DNA from: Actinoplanes sp.
GTDB taxonomy: Bacteria; Actinomycetota; Actinomycetes; Mycobacteriales; Micromonosporaceae
NCBI GenBank assembly: GCA_036402935.1
Contig: DASWRZ010000338.1
Location: 10,110-74,109 of the forward strand
Direction: 5' to 3'
DNA length: 64,000 bases
Notes under the pieces: model-generated
The model's database searches: none
What the model saw: the letters and a program-made list of their open reading frames with translations, nothing else
What the model was told of the DNA's origin: nothing
In this document: piece after piece, positions 1 through 9,835 of the stretch
How the letters are laid out: every line of letters begins with the position of its first letter
How positions within the stretch are numbered: position 1 is the stretch's first letter
Program-made: the position numbers and the translations under genes

Positions 1-1
1 G

Positions 2-307
2 GCCCCGCAGTACGCCGCCGCGAAGTACGGCCTGCTCGGCGCCACCAAGTCGTACGCCCACGCGTTCGCACCGACGGTCCGGGTCAACGTGTTCGCGCCC
101 GGCTTCATCGAGACCGAGGCCACGCTGGGCCGCGAGGACTGGCGATCGGGCCGGGGCGACCAGCTGCGCAAGCTGACCCCGATGGGCCGCATCCCGGGCC
201 CGGCCGAGCTGGCCGGCACCGCGCTGTTCCTGGCCACCGACGACGCGAGCCACATGACCGGTGGCTACATGGTGGCCGACGGCGGCTACAACATGGTCGG
301 CGCCTGA
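2..307 (+). CDS. SDR family oxidoreductase (C-terminal part, begins before window)
   Basis: Frame 2 reads QYAAAKYGLLGATKSYAHAFAPTVRVNVFAPGFIET...ASHMTGGYMVADGG: YxxxK catalytic motif and typical SDR C-terminus. Confidence 0.9.
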   Translation, partial: APQYAAAKYGLLGATKSYAHAFAPTVRVNVFAPGFIETEATLGREDWRSGRGDQLRKLTPMGRIPGPAELAGTALFLATDDASHMTGGYMVADGGYNMVGA

Positions 308-1272
308 TGCCCGTACACCCCCGGGACCTGCCGCTCGCCGACGCGCGGGAGCTGGTGCAACGGGCGGTGGACAAGGCCGAGCAGCTCGGGCTGCGCGGTG
401 GCGTCGCGGTGGTGGGTGCGAGCGGTGCGCTGATCACCGCCTCCCGGCTCGACCACGGCGGCCCGGGCGGGATGGCGCGCGCCCGGTCCAAGGCGTGGAT
501 CGCCGCCACTCAGCAGATCACCAGCACCGAGCACCTGCACCGGATGACGACGTTGCCGGCGCCCATCTCGGCCGGGTTCGTCGCGGTGAGCCCGGAGGCG
601 ATGTTCCCGGGCGCGGGCGGCATCCCGGTGCGGGACGAGAGCGGCGTGGTGGTGGCCGGGGTGGCGGCCTCCGGGGCGACGGTCAGCCCGTTCCTGCCCG
701 AGGGGGTGGCACCGGAGGTGGTCAGTGCGGCCGGCGAACCGGCCAACCCCGAAGACCTCCTTATCGCGTACGCCCTGGACGTCCCCTACATCGGTCAGCA
801 CGGCGACGACGCGGCTCGCTGGAGGCAGCGCTTCGGCGATCTGGTGGTGCCGCCGGAGAAAAGCCTGGGCATGCGGCCCGCCCCGCCCGCCGCCGCACAG
901 CACGAGCTGGCCTGGGCGAAGGATCTGTGCGGCCGGGTGCTGGCCGAGGCGCGCGGCCGGAACCTCCGGATCAGCGTGGCGGTGGTGGACCGCGGCGGCG
1001 ACCCGATCCAGCAGGACCGGATGGACGACGCGGGCGCCGGCGGCGTCGACGTCGCGCTCGGCACCGCGGCGGCGGCCGCCCGCTTCGGCGTCCCCAGCGA
1101 ACGGCCGGCCCAGTGGTACGGCGACGCGGTGACCGGTCTCAACCCGGTGCGGGTGCTCGGCGTCCCGGGCGGCCTGCCGTTGCACGACGACGGCCGGGTG
1201 GTGGCCGGCATCGGTGTGGGCGGTGCCGACCCGGCCGAGTGTGCCGCACTGGTCCGAGCGGTGACGTCGTGA
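307..1272 (+). CDS. Heme-binding GlcG/HbpS-family protein with two tandem domains
   Basis: Two copies of VAVVxxxG...GG(I/L)P...VVAG(V/I)xxxG pattern; TGATG coupling with upstream SDR. Confidence 0.8.
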   Translation: MPVHPRDLPLADARELVQRAVDKAEQLGLRGGVAVVGASGALITASRLDHGGPGGMARARSKAWIAATQQITSTEHLHRMTTLPAPISAGFVAVSPEAMFPGAGGIPVRDESGVVVAGVAASGATVSPFLPEGVAPEVVSAAGEPANPEDLLIAYALDVPYIGQHGDDAARWRQRFGDLVVPPEKSLGMRPAPPAAAQHELAWAKDLCGRVLAEARGRNLRISVAVVDRGGDPIQQDRMDDAGAGGVDVALGTAAAAARFGVPSERPAQWYGDAVTGLNPVRVLGVPGGLPLHDDGRVVAGIGVGGADPAECAALVRAVTS

Positions 1273-2189
1273 GCGACACCCGGATCGCCGTGCTCGGCTG
1301 CGGCGCGATCGGCAGCCTCTACGCCGCCCACCTGGCCCGGGTGCCGGGCGTCGAGGTCTGGGCGGTCGACCCGTGGCGCGAGCACGTCGAGGCGATCGAG
1401 TCCGGCGGTCTGGCCGTCACCGGCCAGGCCGATTTCACCGCGCCGGTGCACGCCCGGACCAGCGCCGCCGAGCTGCCCCGCTGCCACCTGGGCATCGTGG
1501 CCACGAAGTCGCTGCACACCCGGGAGGCGGTGGCGGCCGCGAGGGACGTGCTGGCCGGCGCGGCGGTGGTCAGCGTGCAGAACGGGATCGGCAACGAGGA
1601 GCTGATCGCCGGGATCCTGCCGCGGGTCATGCGCGGCACCATCGTCACGGCCGGCGCGGTCACCGCCCCCGGAACCGTCCGCTACGACGCGCCGGGCGAC
1701 TCGTGGCTCGGGCCGTTCGAGCCCAGCCCCGCGTCCGCCGGCGAGATCGAGCTGCTGGCCCGGCTGCTCACCGAGGGCGGCCTGAAGACGTACGCGGTCG
1801 CGGACGCCCGCGGTCCACAATGGACCAAGGTCGTCTTCAACGCGGCCACCAGCCCGCTGGCGGCGCTCACCGGGCTCACCGTCGGGCAGGTCTGCACCGA
1901 TCCGGCGCTGCGCGCCCAGGTTCGGATCCTGATCGACGAGGCGCAGGCGGTCTGCGCGGCGGCCGGCATCGTGCTGACCCGCGACCCGGCCGCGGCGGTC
2001 GAGGAGGCGATCCGGGAGGCGTTCCGCCACAAGCCGTCGATGCTCCAGGACGTGCTGGCCCGGCGGCCGACCGAGATCGACGTCCTGAACGGCGGGATCG
2101 CGCGCGAGGGCCGCCGGGTCGGGGTGGACACGCCCGCGCACGACGCGATGGTCGCGCTGGTCCACGGCGTCGAGAGCTCCTGGAATTAG
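1269..2189 (+). CDS. Ketopantoate reductase (PanE/ApbA) family protein
   Basis: IAVLGCGAIG, VATKS, QNGIG, WTKVVFN, KPSMLQD...TEIDVLNG motifs; GTGA overlap start. Confidence 0.88.
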   Translation: MSDTRIAVLGCGAIGSLYAAHLARVPGVEVWAVDPWREHVEAIESGGLAVTGQADFTAPVHARTSAAELPRCHLGIVATKSLHTREAVAAARDVLAGAAVVSVQNGIGNEELIAGILPRVMRGTIVTAGAVTAPGTVRYDAPGDSWLGPFEPSPASAGEIELLARLLTEGGLKTYAVADARGPQWTKVVFNAATSPLAALTGLTVGQVCTDPALRAQVRILIDEAQAVCAAAGIVLTRDPAAAVEEAIREAFRHKPSMLQDVLARRPTEIDVLNGGIAREGRRVGVDTPAHDAMVALVHGVESSWN

Positions 2190-2236
2190 TCATGGACATC
2201 CTTCCGGGTGTCGTTTACGTTTCTCGCAAGTTACTA

Positions 2237-2262
2237 GAAAGCAGTTTTCACCAGGTGAAAGT
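2237..2262. promoter_or_regulatory. Putative operator, TTTCACC-A-GGTGAAA palindrome upstream of ABC operon
   Basis: Perfect inverted repeat 2246-2260 in an AT-rich patch just before RBS GGGAG; a similar site occurs at 6825-6849. Confidence 0.6.
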
Positions 2263-2275
2263 CGGGAGTCCGGCC

Positions 2276-3256
2276 GTGAGTATTCACTACACGCGCCCAG
2301 CGGGCGCCATCGTCGCTTTCGGCGCCGCGCTCCTGTTGCTGGCGTCCTGCAGCCACGCCTCCGATGCCGGCGGCTCGTCCGCCGCCAAACCCGCGGCCCT
2401 GCCCAAGACCCTGGTCTTCTCGCCGCTCTCGCTCGCCCCGCCCGCGCTCAAGGGCCTCTCCGAGGGCGTGAAGGGCTACGCGAGCGGCAAGGGCTGGGAG
2501 GTCATCGTCCAGGACCCGAACTTCGACTCGACCACGCAGACCCAGCAGCTCAACGAGGTGCTCAGCTCGGGCCGGGCGGGGGCGGGCTGGATCATCGCGG
2601 TGGCGCCGCCGTCGATCCTGCCGATCATCAGAACGGCCCAGTCGAAGGGCATCCCCCTGCTGGTCAACGGCCGCCCGGACGAATACGGGTTCGCTGGCCC
2701 GCAGCCGGGCATCACGTTCGACTACATCGACTACGCCGCCGGCGGCAAGGCCCTCGGCGAGCAACTGGGCACCTGCGTCAACGAGAAGATGGGCGGCAAG
2801 GCCGAGGTGCTGGCCGCGCAGAGTTCCGAGGGCCAGGCCGGCAAGAAGGAGTTCGAGGAGGCCGCCGCGGCCGCGCTCCAGGCCACCGCCCCGGGAGCCA
2901 CGATCGTGCAGAAAATCGTCGCCAAGGACCGGGCCGGCTCGCAGACCGATGTCGGCAACGTGTTGCAGGGCAGGCCCGGCCTGGGCGCGGTGATGGCCTC
3001 CAACGACGAGGGCGCGCTCGGTGCGATCGGCGCGTTCGCCGCGGCCGGCCGGACGCCGAAGTGCGTGACCGACTTCGGCGGCAACGACGAGGTGCTGAAG
3101 AACGTCACGACCGGCAAGATCTATGCCTCGGTCGCGCTGCAGTTCCAGGCCGACATGACGCAGTCCTTCGACACGCTGGTGAAGATGCAGGCCGACCCGA
3201 AGGCGAACGGTCAGGTGCTGATCGTGCCGCAGAAGATCGTCACGGCCAAGGGATGA
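2276..3256 (+). CDS. Sugar ABC transporter substrate-binding lipoprotein (RbsB-like)
   Basis: Lipobox LLLASC, ASNDEGALGA motif, RBS upstream of GTG. Confidence 0.85.
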   Translation: MSIHYTRPAGAIVAFGAALLLLASCSHASDAGGSSAAKPAALPKTLVFSPLSLAPPALKGLSEGVKGYASGKGWEVIVQDPNFDSTTQTQQLNEVLSSGRAGAGWIIAVAPPSILPIIRTAQSKGIPLLVNGRPDEYGFAGPQPGITFDYIDYAAGGKALGEQLGTCVNEKMGGKAEVLAAQSSEGQAGKKEFEEAAAAALQATAPGATIVQKIVAKDRAGSQTDVGNVLQGRPGLGAVMASNDEGALGAIGAFAAAGRTPKCVTDFGGNDEVLKNVTTGKIYASVALQFQADMTQSFDTLVKMQADPKANGQVLIVPQKIVTAKG

Positions 3257-4293
3257 CGGTGACGGCCGGAATCAGCGAGACGTCCGCCGGGGCCGAACGT
3301 GACCCGGCGGGCGTCCGCTGGCTCATCTTCGCCCGCGACCGCGGCATCCTCGTCCTCTGGGCGCTGCTGCTGGCCGGCTTCAGCGTGTGGGCCAGCCCGT
3401 ACTTCGCCAGCCTCGACAACGCGATCCTGATCGCCAACGCGGCGGCGCTCACCGCGATCTTCGCGGCCGGCATCGCGGTCGGGGTCATCTGCGGCGCGCT
3501 CGACCTGTCGATCCCGGGCACCGCCGCGATGGCCGGCTGCGTCTGCGGATGGCTGATGACGCACGGGGTCGCGGTGTGGCTCGGGATCCTGGCCGGGCTC
3601 GCCGTGGGCGTCGTGGTCGGGCTGGCCAACGGGCTGATCGCGCTGCGCGGCTTCAACCCGATCATCGTCACGATCGGATCGTTGTCGGTACTGTCCGGGC
3701 TGGCCGCGGCGCTGGCCGGCGGGTACACGATCCCGGGGCTGACCGGTCTGACGTTCCTCGGCACCGACCGCTTCGCGGGCATCCCGGCGCCGGTGTGGGT
3801 GGTGGCCGCGCTGTTCCTGGCCGGCACCGCGTTCCTCACCCGGACCCGGGACGGCATCCGGCTGATGGCGGTGGGCGGGAACGCTGAGGCGGTGCGGCGC
3901 TCGGGCATCGACGCCGACCGGTACAAGGTGCTCGGGTTCGTGGTGAGCGGGTTCTGCGCGGCACTCGGCGGGCTGGTCACGGCCGCTCTGGTGACCGAGG
4001 CGAATCCGGCCGCCAACCCGGGCATCATCTTCAACGCGCTCACCGCGGTGGCGCTGGCCGGTGTCTCGCTCAGCGGCGGCCGGGGATCGCTGCCGCGGGT
4101 GCTGGTCGGCGCGCTGATCCTCGGCACGATCTCGAACGGGCTGACCATCAAGGGCATCGAGCCGTACTGGGCCACCGCGGTGACCGGCCTGCTGCTGCTG
4201 GCCTCGCTCGGGCTGGAGAAGCGGGTGGCCACCACGGTCTCCCGGCGGCTGGTCGCCACCGCACAGGCCTCCGCGCACACCGGAACGAGGTGA
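3253..4293 (+). CDS. Sugar ABC transporter permease (RbsC-like)
   Basis: Hydrophobic; LDLSI, AVGGNAEAVRRSGI, AVALAGVSLSGGRG motifs. Confidence 0.9.
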   Translation: MTVTAGISETSAGAERDPAGVRWLIFARDRGILVLWALLLAGFSVWASPYFASLDNAILIANAAALTAIFAAGIAVGVICGALDLSIPGTAAMAGCVCGWLMTHGVAVWLGILAGLAVGVVVGLANGLIALRGFNPIIVTIGSLSVLSGLAAALAGGYTIPGLTGLTFLGTDRFAGIPAPVWVVAALFLAGTAFLTRTRDGIRLMAVGGNAEAVRRSGIDADRYKVLGFVVSGFCAALGGLVTAALVTEANPAANPGIIFNALTAVALAGVSLSGGRGSLPRVLVGALILGTISNGLTIKGIEPYWATAVTGLLLLASLGLEKRVATTVSRRLVATAQASAHTGTR

Positions 4294-5078
4294 CCGTGCC
4301 CGAGAACGGGACCGCGCCCGCGCTGGAACTGCGCGGCATCGACATGCACTACGGCTACGTCCGTGCGCTGGACGGCATCGACATCGCGGTGCGGCCGGGC
4401 GAGGTCGTCGGCTTGCTGGGCGACAACGGGGCCGGCAAGTCGACGCTGCTCAAGGTGATGTCCGGGGTGCATCAGCCGACCAGCGGCGCGATCCTGGTGC
4501 ACGGCGAGCCGACCGTGTTCAGCTCGCCGAGCCGGTCCACCGCGGCCGGCGTGCAGATGGTCTACCAGGACCTGGCGCTGGTCGACGCCCAGGACATCGC
4601 GACCAACCTGAGCCTCGGCCGGGAGATCCTGCGCGGGGGCCCGCTCGGCCGGCTCGGGTTCGTCGACCACAAGGCGCAGCGCAAGCGGGCGGCCGAGGAA
4701 CTCGACCGGCTGGGCGTACGGACCGCCGCGGTGACCCGCCCGGTCGAGATGCTCTCCGGCGGCCAGCGGCAGGTGGTCGCCCTGGCCCGCGCCGCGACCC
4801 GGGTCACCGGCGACCGCAACGGCGTGCTGCTGCTCGACGAACCGACCGCCGCGCTCGGCTACGAACAGACCCGGCAGGTGGAGGCGCTCATCCGGCGGAT
4901 GGCCGAGCAGGGAGTGGCGTGCGTGCTGGTCACCCACAACCTGCCGCTCGCCGTCGGCGTGTGCGACCGGATCGTGGTGCTCAACCGGGGCCGCAAGGTC
5001 GCCGACGTGGCGACCGCGGAGACCGGCAACGACGAGCTGGTCGGCTGGATAACCGGAGCGCGGGGGTCGATGTTCTGA
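4290..5078 (+). CDS. Sugar ABC transporter ATP-binding protein
   Basis: GDNGAGKS, LSGGQRQ, LLLDEPT, VTHN motifs. Confidence 0.93.
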   Translation: MTVPENGTAPALELRGIDMHYGYVRALDGIDIAVRPGEVVGLLGDNGAGKSTLLKVMSGVHQPTSGAILVHGEPTVFSSPSRSTAAGVQMVYQDLALVDAQDIATNLSLGREILRGGPLGRLGFVDHKAQRKRAAEELDRLGVRTAAVTRPVEMLSGGQRQVVALARAATRVTGDRNGVLLLDEPTAALGYEQTRQVEALIRRMAEQGVACVLVTHNLPLAVGVCDRIVVLNRGRKVADVATAETGNDELVGWITGARGSMF

Positions 5079-6289
5079 TGGCTTTCCTCTGGGGCGTCGC
5101 GACGTCGGGGCATCAGACCGAGGGCGGCAACACGACCGGCGACACGTGGTTCGCCGAGCACGTCACGCCGACCGTTTTCCGGGAGCCGTCCGGCCCCGCC
5201 TGCGACGGCTACCACCGCTGGCGGGAGGACCTGGACCTGGTCGCCGGGATGGGGCTGTCCGCGTACCGGTTCTCGGTCGAGTGGGCGCGGGTCGAACCGG
5301 CCGAGGGCGAGTTCTCCGAGGCGGCGCTCGAGCACTACGCCGCGATCGTCGACCGGTGCGTCGAACTGGGGCTGGCGCCGGTGGTGACGTTCAACCACAT
5401 GACCGCCCCGCACTGGTTCGCGATGCGCGGCGGGTGGCTCGATCCCGGCTCGGCGCAGGTGTTCGCCCGCTATTGCGGCGTGCTGACCGACCGCATCGGC
5501 GGCTCGATCGCGTACGCGGTGACGCTCAACGAACCCAACCTGCCCCGTTTGCTCTCCTGGGCTCCGATCCCGGGCCAGGTACACGACCTGGAGCGCGCCA
5601 CGTTGGAGTCGGCGAGCAAGGCGGCCGGCGTCGAGCGCTACCGGCTCGCCAACGTGGCGCTGCCCGAGGAGTTCGACGCGCTGGAGGACGGGATGGCCGC
5701 CGCGCACACGGCCGGTCGGGCGGCGATCAAGGACCGCCGTCCGGAGCTGCCGGTGGGGCTGAGCCTGGCCCTGGTCGACGATCAGGCGGTCGGCGATGCG
5801 ACGGTCCGAGATCAAAAGCGAAATTCGGTGTACGCCCGATGGCTGCACCTGGCGCGCGACGACGACTTCATCGGCGTGCAGAACTACGAACGCGCCCGCT
5901 ACGACGGCAACGGGCAGCTGCCTCCGGAGGGCGGCGCGTCCCAGATGTTCGCCGACATCCACCCCTCTTCGCTGGGCAACGCGGTGCGCTACGCGCACGC
6001 CGAGGCGGGCGTCCCGGTCCTCGTCACCGAGCACGGCATGGCGACCGACGACGACACCCGCCGCGCGGCGTTCCTCGAACCCGCCCTGGCCGGCCTCCAC
6101 GTCGCGATCGGGGACGGCGTGCCGGTGCTCGGATACCTGCACTGGACGCTGCTCGACAACTTTGAGTGGATCTTCGGATACGACCTCAAGCTCGGCCTGG
6201 TCGAGGTCGACCGGGAGACCTTCGCCCGCACGCCGAAGCCGAGCGCGGCCGAGTACGCCCGGATCGTGCGGGCACACCGGGGCGGTTGA
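5078..6289 (+). CDS. GH1 beta-glucosidase
   Basis: FLWGVATSGHQTEG, YRFSVEWARVEP, TLNEP (acid/base), VTEHG (nucleophile), DNFEW. Confidence 0.93.
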   Translation: MAFLWGVATSGHQTEGGNTTGDTWFAEHVTPTVFREPSGPACDGYHRWREDLDLVAGMGLSAYRFSVEWARVEPAEGEFSEAALEHYAAIVDRCVELGLAPVVTFNHMTAPHWFAMRGGWLDPGSAQVFARYCGVLTDRIGGSIAYAVTLNEPNLPRLLSWAPIPGQVHDLERATLESASKAAGVERYRLANVALPEEFDALEDGMAAAHTAGRAAIKDRRPELPVGLSLALVDDQAVGDATVRDQKRNSVYARWLHLARDDDFIGVQNYERARYDGNGQLPPEGGASQMFADIHPSSLGNAVRYAHAEAGVPVLVTEHGMATDDDTRRAAFLEPALAGLHVAIGDGVPVLGYLHWTLLDNFEWIFGYDLKLGLVEVDRETFARTPKPSAAEYARIVRAHRGG

Positions 6290-6291
6290 GC

Positions 6292-6975
6292 ATGCCGGGG
6301 CCTCATCATTTCGGGTACTGGGTGCCGGACCTGGCGGCGGCCGTCGAGAGGGCGGCCCGCACTCTGAGCATCGGGCCGTTCCTGGTGCACCGGCACGTCG
6401 CCTTCGACACCTTCCGGATGGCCGACGGCACCGAGATCACCGACCCGGCGTTCTTCGACCACACCGCCGCCTTCGCCGCGTGGGGGCCGATCGTGCTGGA
6501 GCTGGCCGAGGTGCACTCGATCGACGAGCGGCTGGCTTCGGCGTACGGAATCGGTTTTGACCGGATCGGTCATGTCTCGTGGGTGACCGAAGACCTCGAG
6601 GCCGAAGGTTCCCGGCTGGAAGCCGCCGGCTGCAAGCCGATTCATCGGGCGGCCACCGGCGCCGTTCAGGTGGCCTGGTACAGCGGCGGCACGCTCTTCC
6701 CGCACCCGATCGAGCTCCACCGGGCCGGCGCGCCGATCCTCGGCATGCCCGCCCGGCTGGCCGCGGCGGCGCGGAACTGGGACGGCCGCGATCTGATGCT
6801 GGACCTCGTTGCTGACCCTGACTCGAAAAACAGTTTCACTACTGAAAGTGGGGAACATCGCCGTGACCCGACCGCTGCACGTGCTGATCGCCGGAGGCGG
6901 CCTGTCCGGCCTCGCGGTCGCCCAGGGACTGGTGAAGAGCGGGCACACCGTCCAGGTCTTCGAGCGGGACCGTGA
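6292..6975 (+). CDS. VOC/glyoxalase family protein; natural end probably near 6815, current frame reads through
   Basis: HHFGYWVPDL, IGHVSWV, PIELH motifs; C-terminal ~50 codons look non-coding and overlap next gene. Confidence 0.7.
   Translation: MPGPHHFGYWVPDLAAAVERAARTLSIGPFLVHRHVAFDTFRMADGTEITDPAFFDHTAAFAAWGPIVLELAEVHSIDERLASAYGIGFDRIGHVSWVTEDLEAEGSRLEAAGCKPIHRAATGAVQVAWYSGGTLFPHPIELHRAGAPILGMPARLAAAARNWDGRDLMLDLVADPDSKNSFTTESGEHRRDPTAARADRRRRPVRPRGRPGTGEERAHRPGLRAGP
6825..6849. promoter_or_regulatory. Second putative operator, TTTCA-CTAC-TGAAA, before the monooxygenase
   Basis: GAAAAACAGTTTCACTACTGAAAGT resembles the site at 2237-2262 and also sits next to a start codon. Confidence 0.5.
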
Positions 6976-8086
6976 CCTCAACCGCAAGCAGGGCTATTAC
7001 CTGCACATGAACGCGTTCGGCGGCGAGGCCCTGCGGGCGCTGCTGCCGGACGACCTGTTCGCGCTCTACCAGGCCACCTCGCGCACCACGTACCAACGGC
7101 AGGAGTCCATCGTCCTGCACGACCGGTTCGGCGAGCTCAGCTCGCAGCCCCACCTCGGGCCGCCGAACCGGGGCGAGATCCCGCACACCGGGGTGCACCG
7201 CCGGACGCTTCGCCAGATCCTCAGCGCCCGCCTGGGCGACGCCCTGCAGGTCGGTACGGCGGTCACCGGCTACGCCGAGGACGCCGACGGGGTGACCGCC
7301 ACGCTCGCGGACGGCCGCACCGCCCGCGGCGACGTGCTGGTGGGCGCGGACGGCATCCGTTCCGCCGTCCGCGCCCAGCGGCTGCCGGAGGTGCCGATCA
7401 TCCCGACCGGCGTGCGGGGCATCGGCGTCTACGGCCGGGTGCCGCTCACCCCGGAGCTTCGCGAGATCGTGCCGGCCGGCCTGATGGACGGCGTCGTGAT
7501 CGCCGTGGACCGGGCCGGCAGCCGGATGCTGGTCGGCGTCTTCGACCCGAGGCAGCCGGTGCACGAGGCGGCGAAGGAGATCGCGCCGGACGTCACGCTC
7601 GACCCGGTCGGGCCCTACATGATGGTGTCCTGCAGCGTCGCCCCGGGCACCGAGGTGCCACCGTCCGCCGAGTGGACCGTCGAGACCCCGGCCATACTCC
7701 GCGACTCGATGCGGCGGGCGGTGGCCGGCTGGCACCCGGCCGCCGCGGAGATCGTCGGCCGGATGGAACTCGACTCGATCTTCATGATCCCGTTCGGCTT
7801 CATCATGCCGGCCGACGCCTGGGCGCCGTCGCGCGTCACGCTCGTCGGCGACGCCGCGCACGCGATGCTGCCGACCCTCGGCATGGGCGCCAACCTGGCC
7901 CTGCGCGACGCCGAGCACCTGGTCGAGCAGCTGGTCCGGTCCGCCCGCGGCGAGGCCGGGCTGATCGGCGCGATCGGCGAGTACGAGCAGGACATGCGCG
8001 CGGTCGCCTACCCGTTCCACGCGATGACGCTCGACCACGACAAGAACTTCGGGGGCGGGGCGCTCGCCCAGTCCTCGGACGCCTGA
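6863..8086 (+). CDS. FAD-dependent monooxygenase (group A)
   Basis: IAGGGLSG, VGADGIRS, LVGDAAHAMLPTLGMGANLALRDA motifs. Confidence 0.9.
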   Translation: MTRPLHVLIAGGGLSGLAVAQGLVKSGHTVQVFERDRDLNRKQGYYLHMNAFGGEALRALLPDDLFALYQATSRTTYQRQESIVLHDRFGELSSQPHLGPPNRGEIPHTGVHRRTLRQILSARLGDALQVGTAVTGYAEDADGVTATLADGRTARGDVLVGADGIRSAVRAQRLPEVPIIPTGVRGIGVYGRVPLTPELREIVPAGLMDGVVIAVDRAGSRMLVGVFDPRQPVHEAAKEIAPDVTLDPVGPYMMVSCSVAPGTEVPPSAEWTVETPAILRDSMRRAVAGWHPAAAEIVGRMELDSIFMIPFGFIMPADAWAPSRVTLVGDAAHAMLPTLGMGANLALRDAEHLVEQLVRSARGEAGLIGAIGEYEQDMRAVAYPFHAMTLDHDKNFGGGALAQSSDA

Positions 8087-9420
8087 TGAGCCGGCTGATC
8101 CGCCGCGGCGACCCCGGATATGAGCAGGCCCGGGTCGGCCGGATCTTCAACGATCGGCGCCCGGACCGTTGCCCGGCGGCGATCCTGCTCGCGGACGACG
8201 CCGACGACGTGGCCGCCGGCGTGCGCCTCGCCCGCGCCGAGAACCTGACCGTCAGCGTCCGCTCCGGCGGCCACTCCTGGGCGGCGTGGAGCCTGCGCGA
8301 CGACGCGCTGATGATCGACCTCGGCGGTCTTGATTGGCTCGACTACGACGAGGCGACCGGCGTCGTCGCGGCCGGCCCGGCGGTACGCGGCGGCCTCGAT
8401 CTGTCCCCGTTCCTCGCCGAGCGCGGGCGCGCGTTCCCCGGCGGCCACTGCCCGTCGGTCGGCCTCGGCGGTTACCTGCTGCAGGGCGGCCAGGGCTGGA
8501 ACGGGCGCCGGATGGGCTGGGCCTGCGAGAGCGTGGTGGCGGTCGACGTGGTCACCGCCGACGGGGCGCTCCTGCGCGCCGACGCCGCTGAGCACAGCGA
8601 CCTGCTCTGGGCCGCGCGCGGAGCCGGCCCCGGCTTTCCCGGCGTCGTCACCGCGTTCCACCTCCAGACCTACGAGGCACCGGCCGTCATGTGGCACGAC
8701 ACCCGGACGTTCCACCCCGACGACGGCCCGGTCCTGCTGGCCTGGCTGCACGGGCTGCTGCCGGGGCTGGACCGGCGGATCGAGCCGGTCCTCGCGGCGA
8801 CCCGGCTGCCCGGCGCCCCCACGCTGCTGCTGCACACCACGGTGATGGCCGGCTCCGAGGATGAGGCCGCCGAGCTGCTGCGCGTGTTCGCCGACGGCCC
8901 GCTGGCCGGCAAGGAGCTCAGCCAGGTCACCGGCCCGACCTCACTGGCCGAGGAGTGCGCGGCGCAGGACGCCCAGAGCCCTTCGGGTTATCGGTATGCC
9001 GTGGACTGCACGTGGACCGACGCTCCGGCCGACATGCTGGCACCGTTGCTGGGCCGGCTCTGGAGTGAGCTGGACACCGAGCACTCGTTCTCGATCTGGT
9101 ACGGCTGGGCGCCCGACCGGCAGTTGCCGGACATGGCGTTCTCGGTGCAGGGCAACGTCTACATCGCCACCTACGCGATCTACTCCGACCCGGCCGACGA
9201 CGAGCGATACCGCGCGTGGGTGCATGAGCGGACCGCGGACATCGCGCGGCACGGCACCGGCGTCTACCTCGGCGACACCGACTTCACCCGGCGGCAGGAC
9301 CGGTTCCTGTCCGAGTCGAACTACCGCCGCCTCGAGGAGATCCGTGCGCGGCGAGACCCGTCCGGGCTCTTCGCGTCCTACCTGACCGCCGACCGGGAGA
9401 GGCTGAACGTCCATGGCTGA
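8086..9420 (+). CDS. FAD-binding oxidoreductase (BBE/VAO-like)
   Basis: VRSGGHS, GHCPSVGLGGYLLQGG, LLWAARGAG, C-terminal DPSGLF. Confidence 0.88.
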   Translation: MSRLIRRGDPGYEQARVGRIFNDRRPDRCPAAILLADDADDVAAGVRLARAENLTVSVRSGGHSWAAWSLRDDALMIDLGGLDWLDYDEATGVVAAGPAVRGGLDLSPFLAERGRAFPGGHCPSVGLGGYLLQGGQGWNGRRMGWACESVVAVDVVTADGALLRADAAEHSDLLWAARGAGPGFPGVVTAFHLQTYEAPAVMWHDTRTFHPDDGPVLLAWLHGLLPGLDRRIEPVLAATRLPGAPTLLLHTTVMAGSEDEAAELLRVFADGPLAGKELSQVTGPTSLAEECAAQDAQSPSGYRYAVDCTWTDAPADMLAPLLGRLWSELDTEHSFSIWYGWAPDRQLPDMAFSVQGNVYIATYAIYSDPADDERYRAWVHERTADIARHGTGVYLGDTDFTRRQDRFLSESNYRRLEEIRARRDPSGLFASYLTADRERLNVHG

Positions 9421-9835
9421 GCCGCGTCTGGACCATGCCGGGCTCTCCGTGCGGGATCTCGGCGGCACCGCGAGCTGGTACTGCGACGCGTTCGGCTACA
9501 CCCCCGAGCGCAGGCTACGGGTCGACCCGATCGACCTCGACATCGTCATGCTGATCCACCGGGGCCACGGCGACCGGCTGGAACTGTTGCACCGTCCCGG
9601 ATCCACGCCCGGCCTACGTGCCACCGACCCGGCGGAGGCCGCGTTGTCACAGACCTTCGGACATGTGGCATTCGACGTAGCGGACCTGGACGCCACGTTC
9701 GAACACGTCATCGGGCTCGGCGCGCGGCCGGTGATGACGCCGCGCCCGTCACCGGAACCGGGCGTACGCATGGCTTTCGTCGCCGACCCCGAGGGCAACC
9801 TGGTCGAGATCCTGTCCCGGGGAGCGAGGCCGTGA
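9413..9835 (+). CDS. VOC/glyoxalase family protein
   Basis: LDHAGLSVRD, GHVAFDV, FVADPEGNLVEI. Confidence 0.9.
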   Translation: MAEPRLDHAGLSVRDLGGTASWYCDAFGYTPERRLRVDPIDLDIVMLIHRGHGDRLELLHRPGSTPGLRATDPAEAALSQTFGHVAFDVADLDATFEHVIGLGARPVMTPRPSPEPGVRMAFVADPEGNLVEILSRGARP

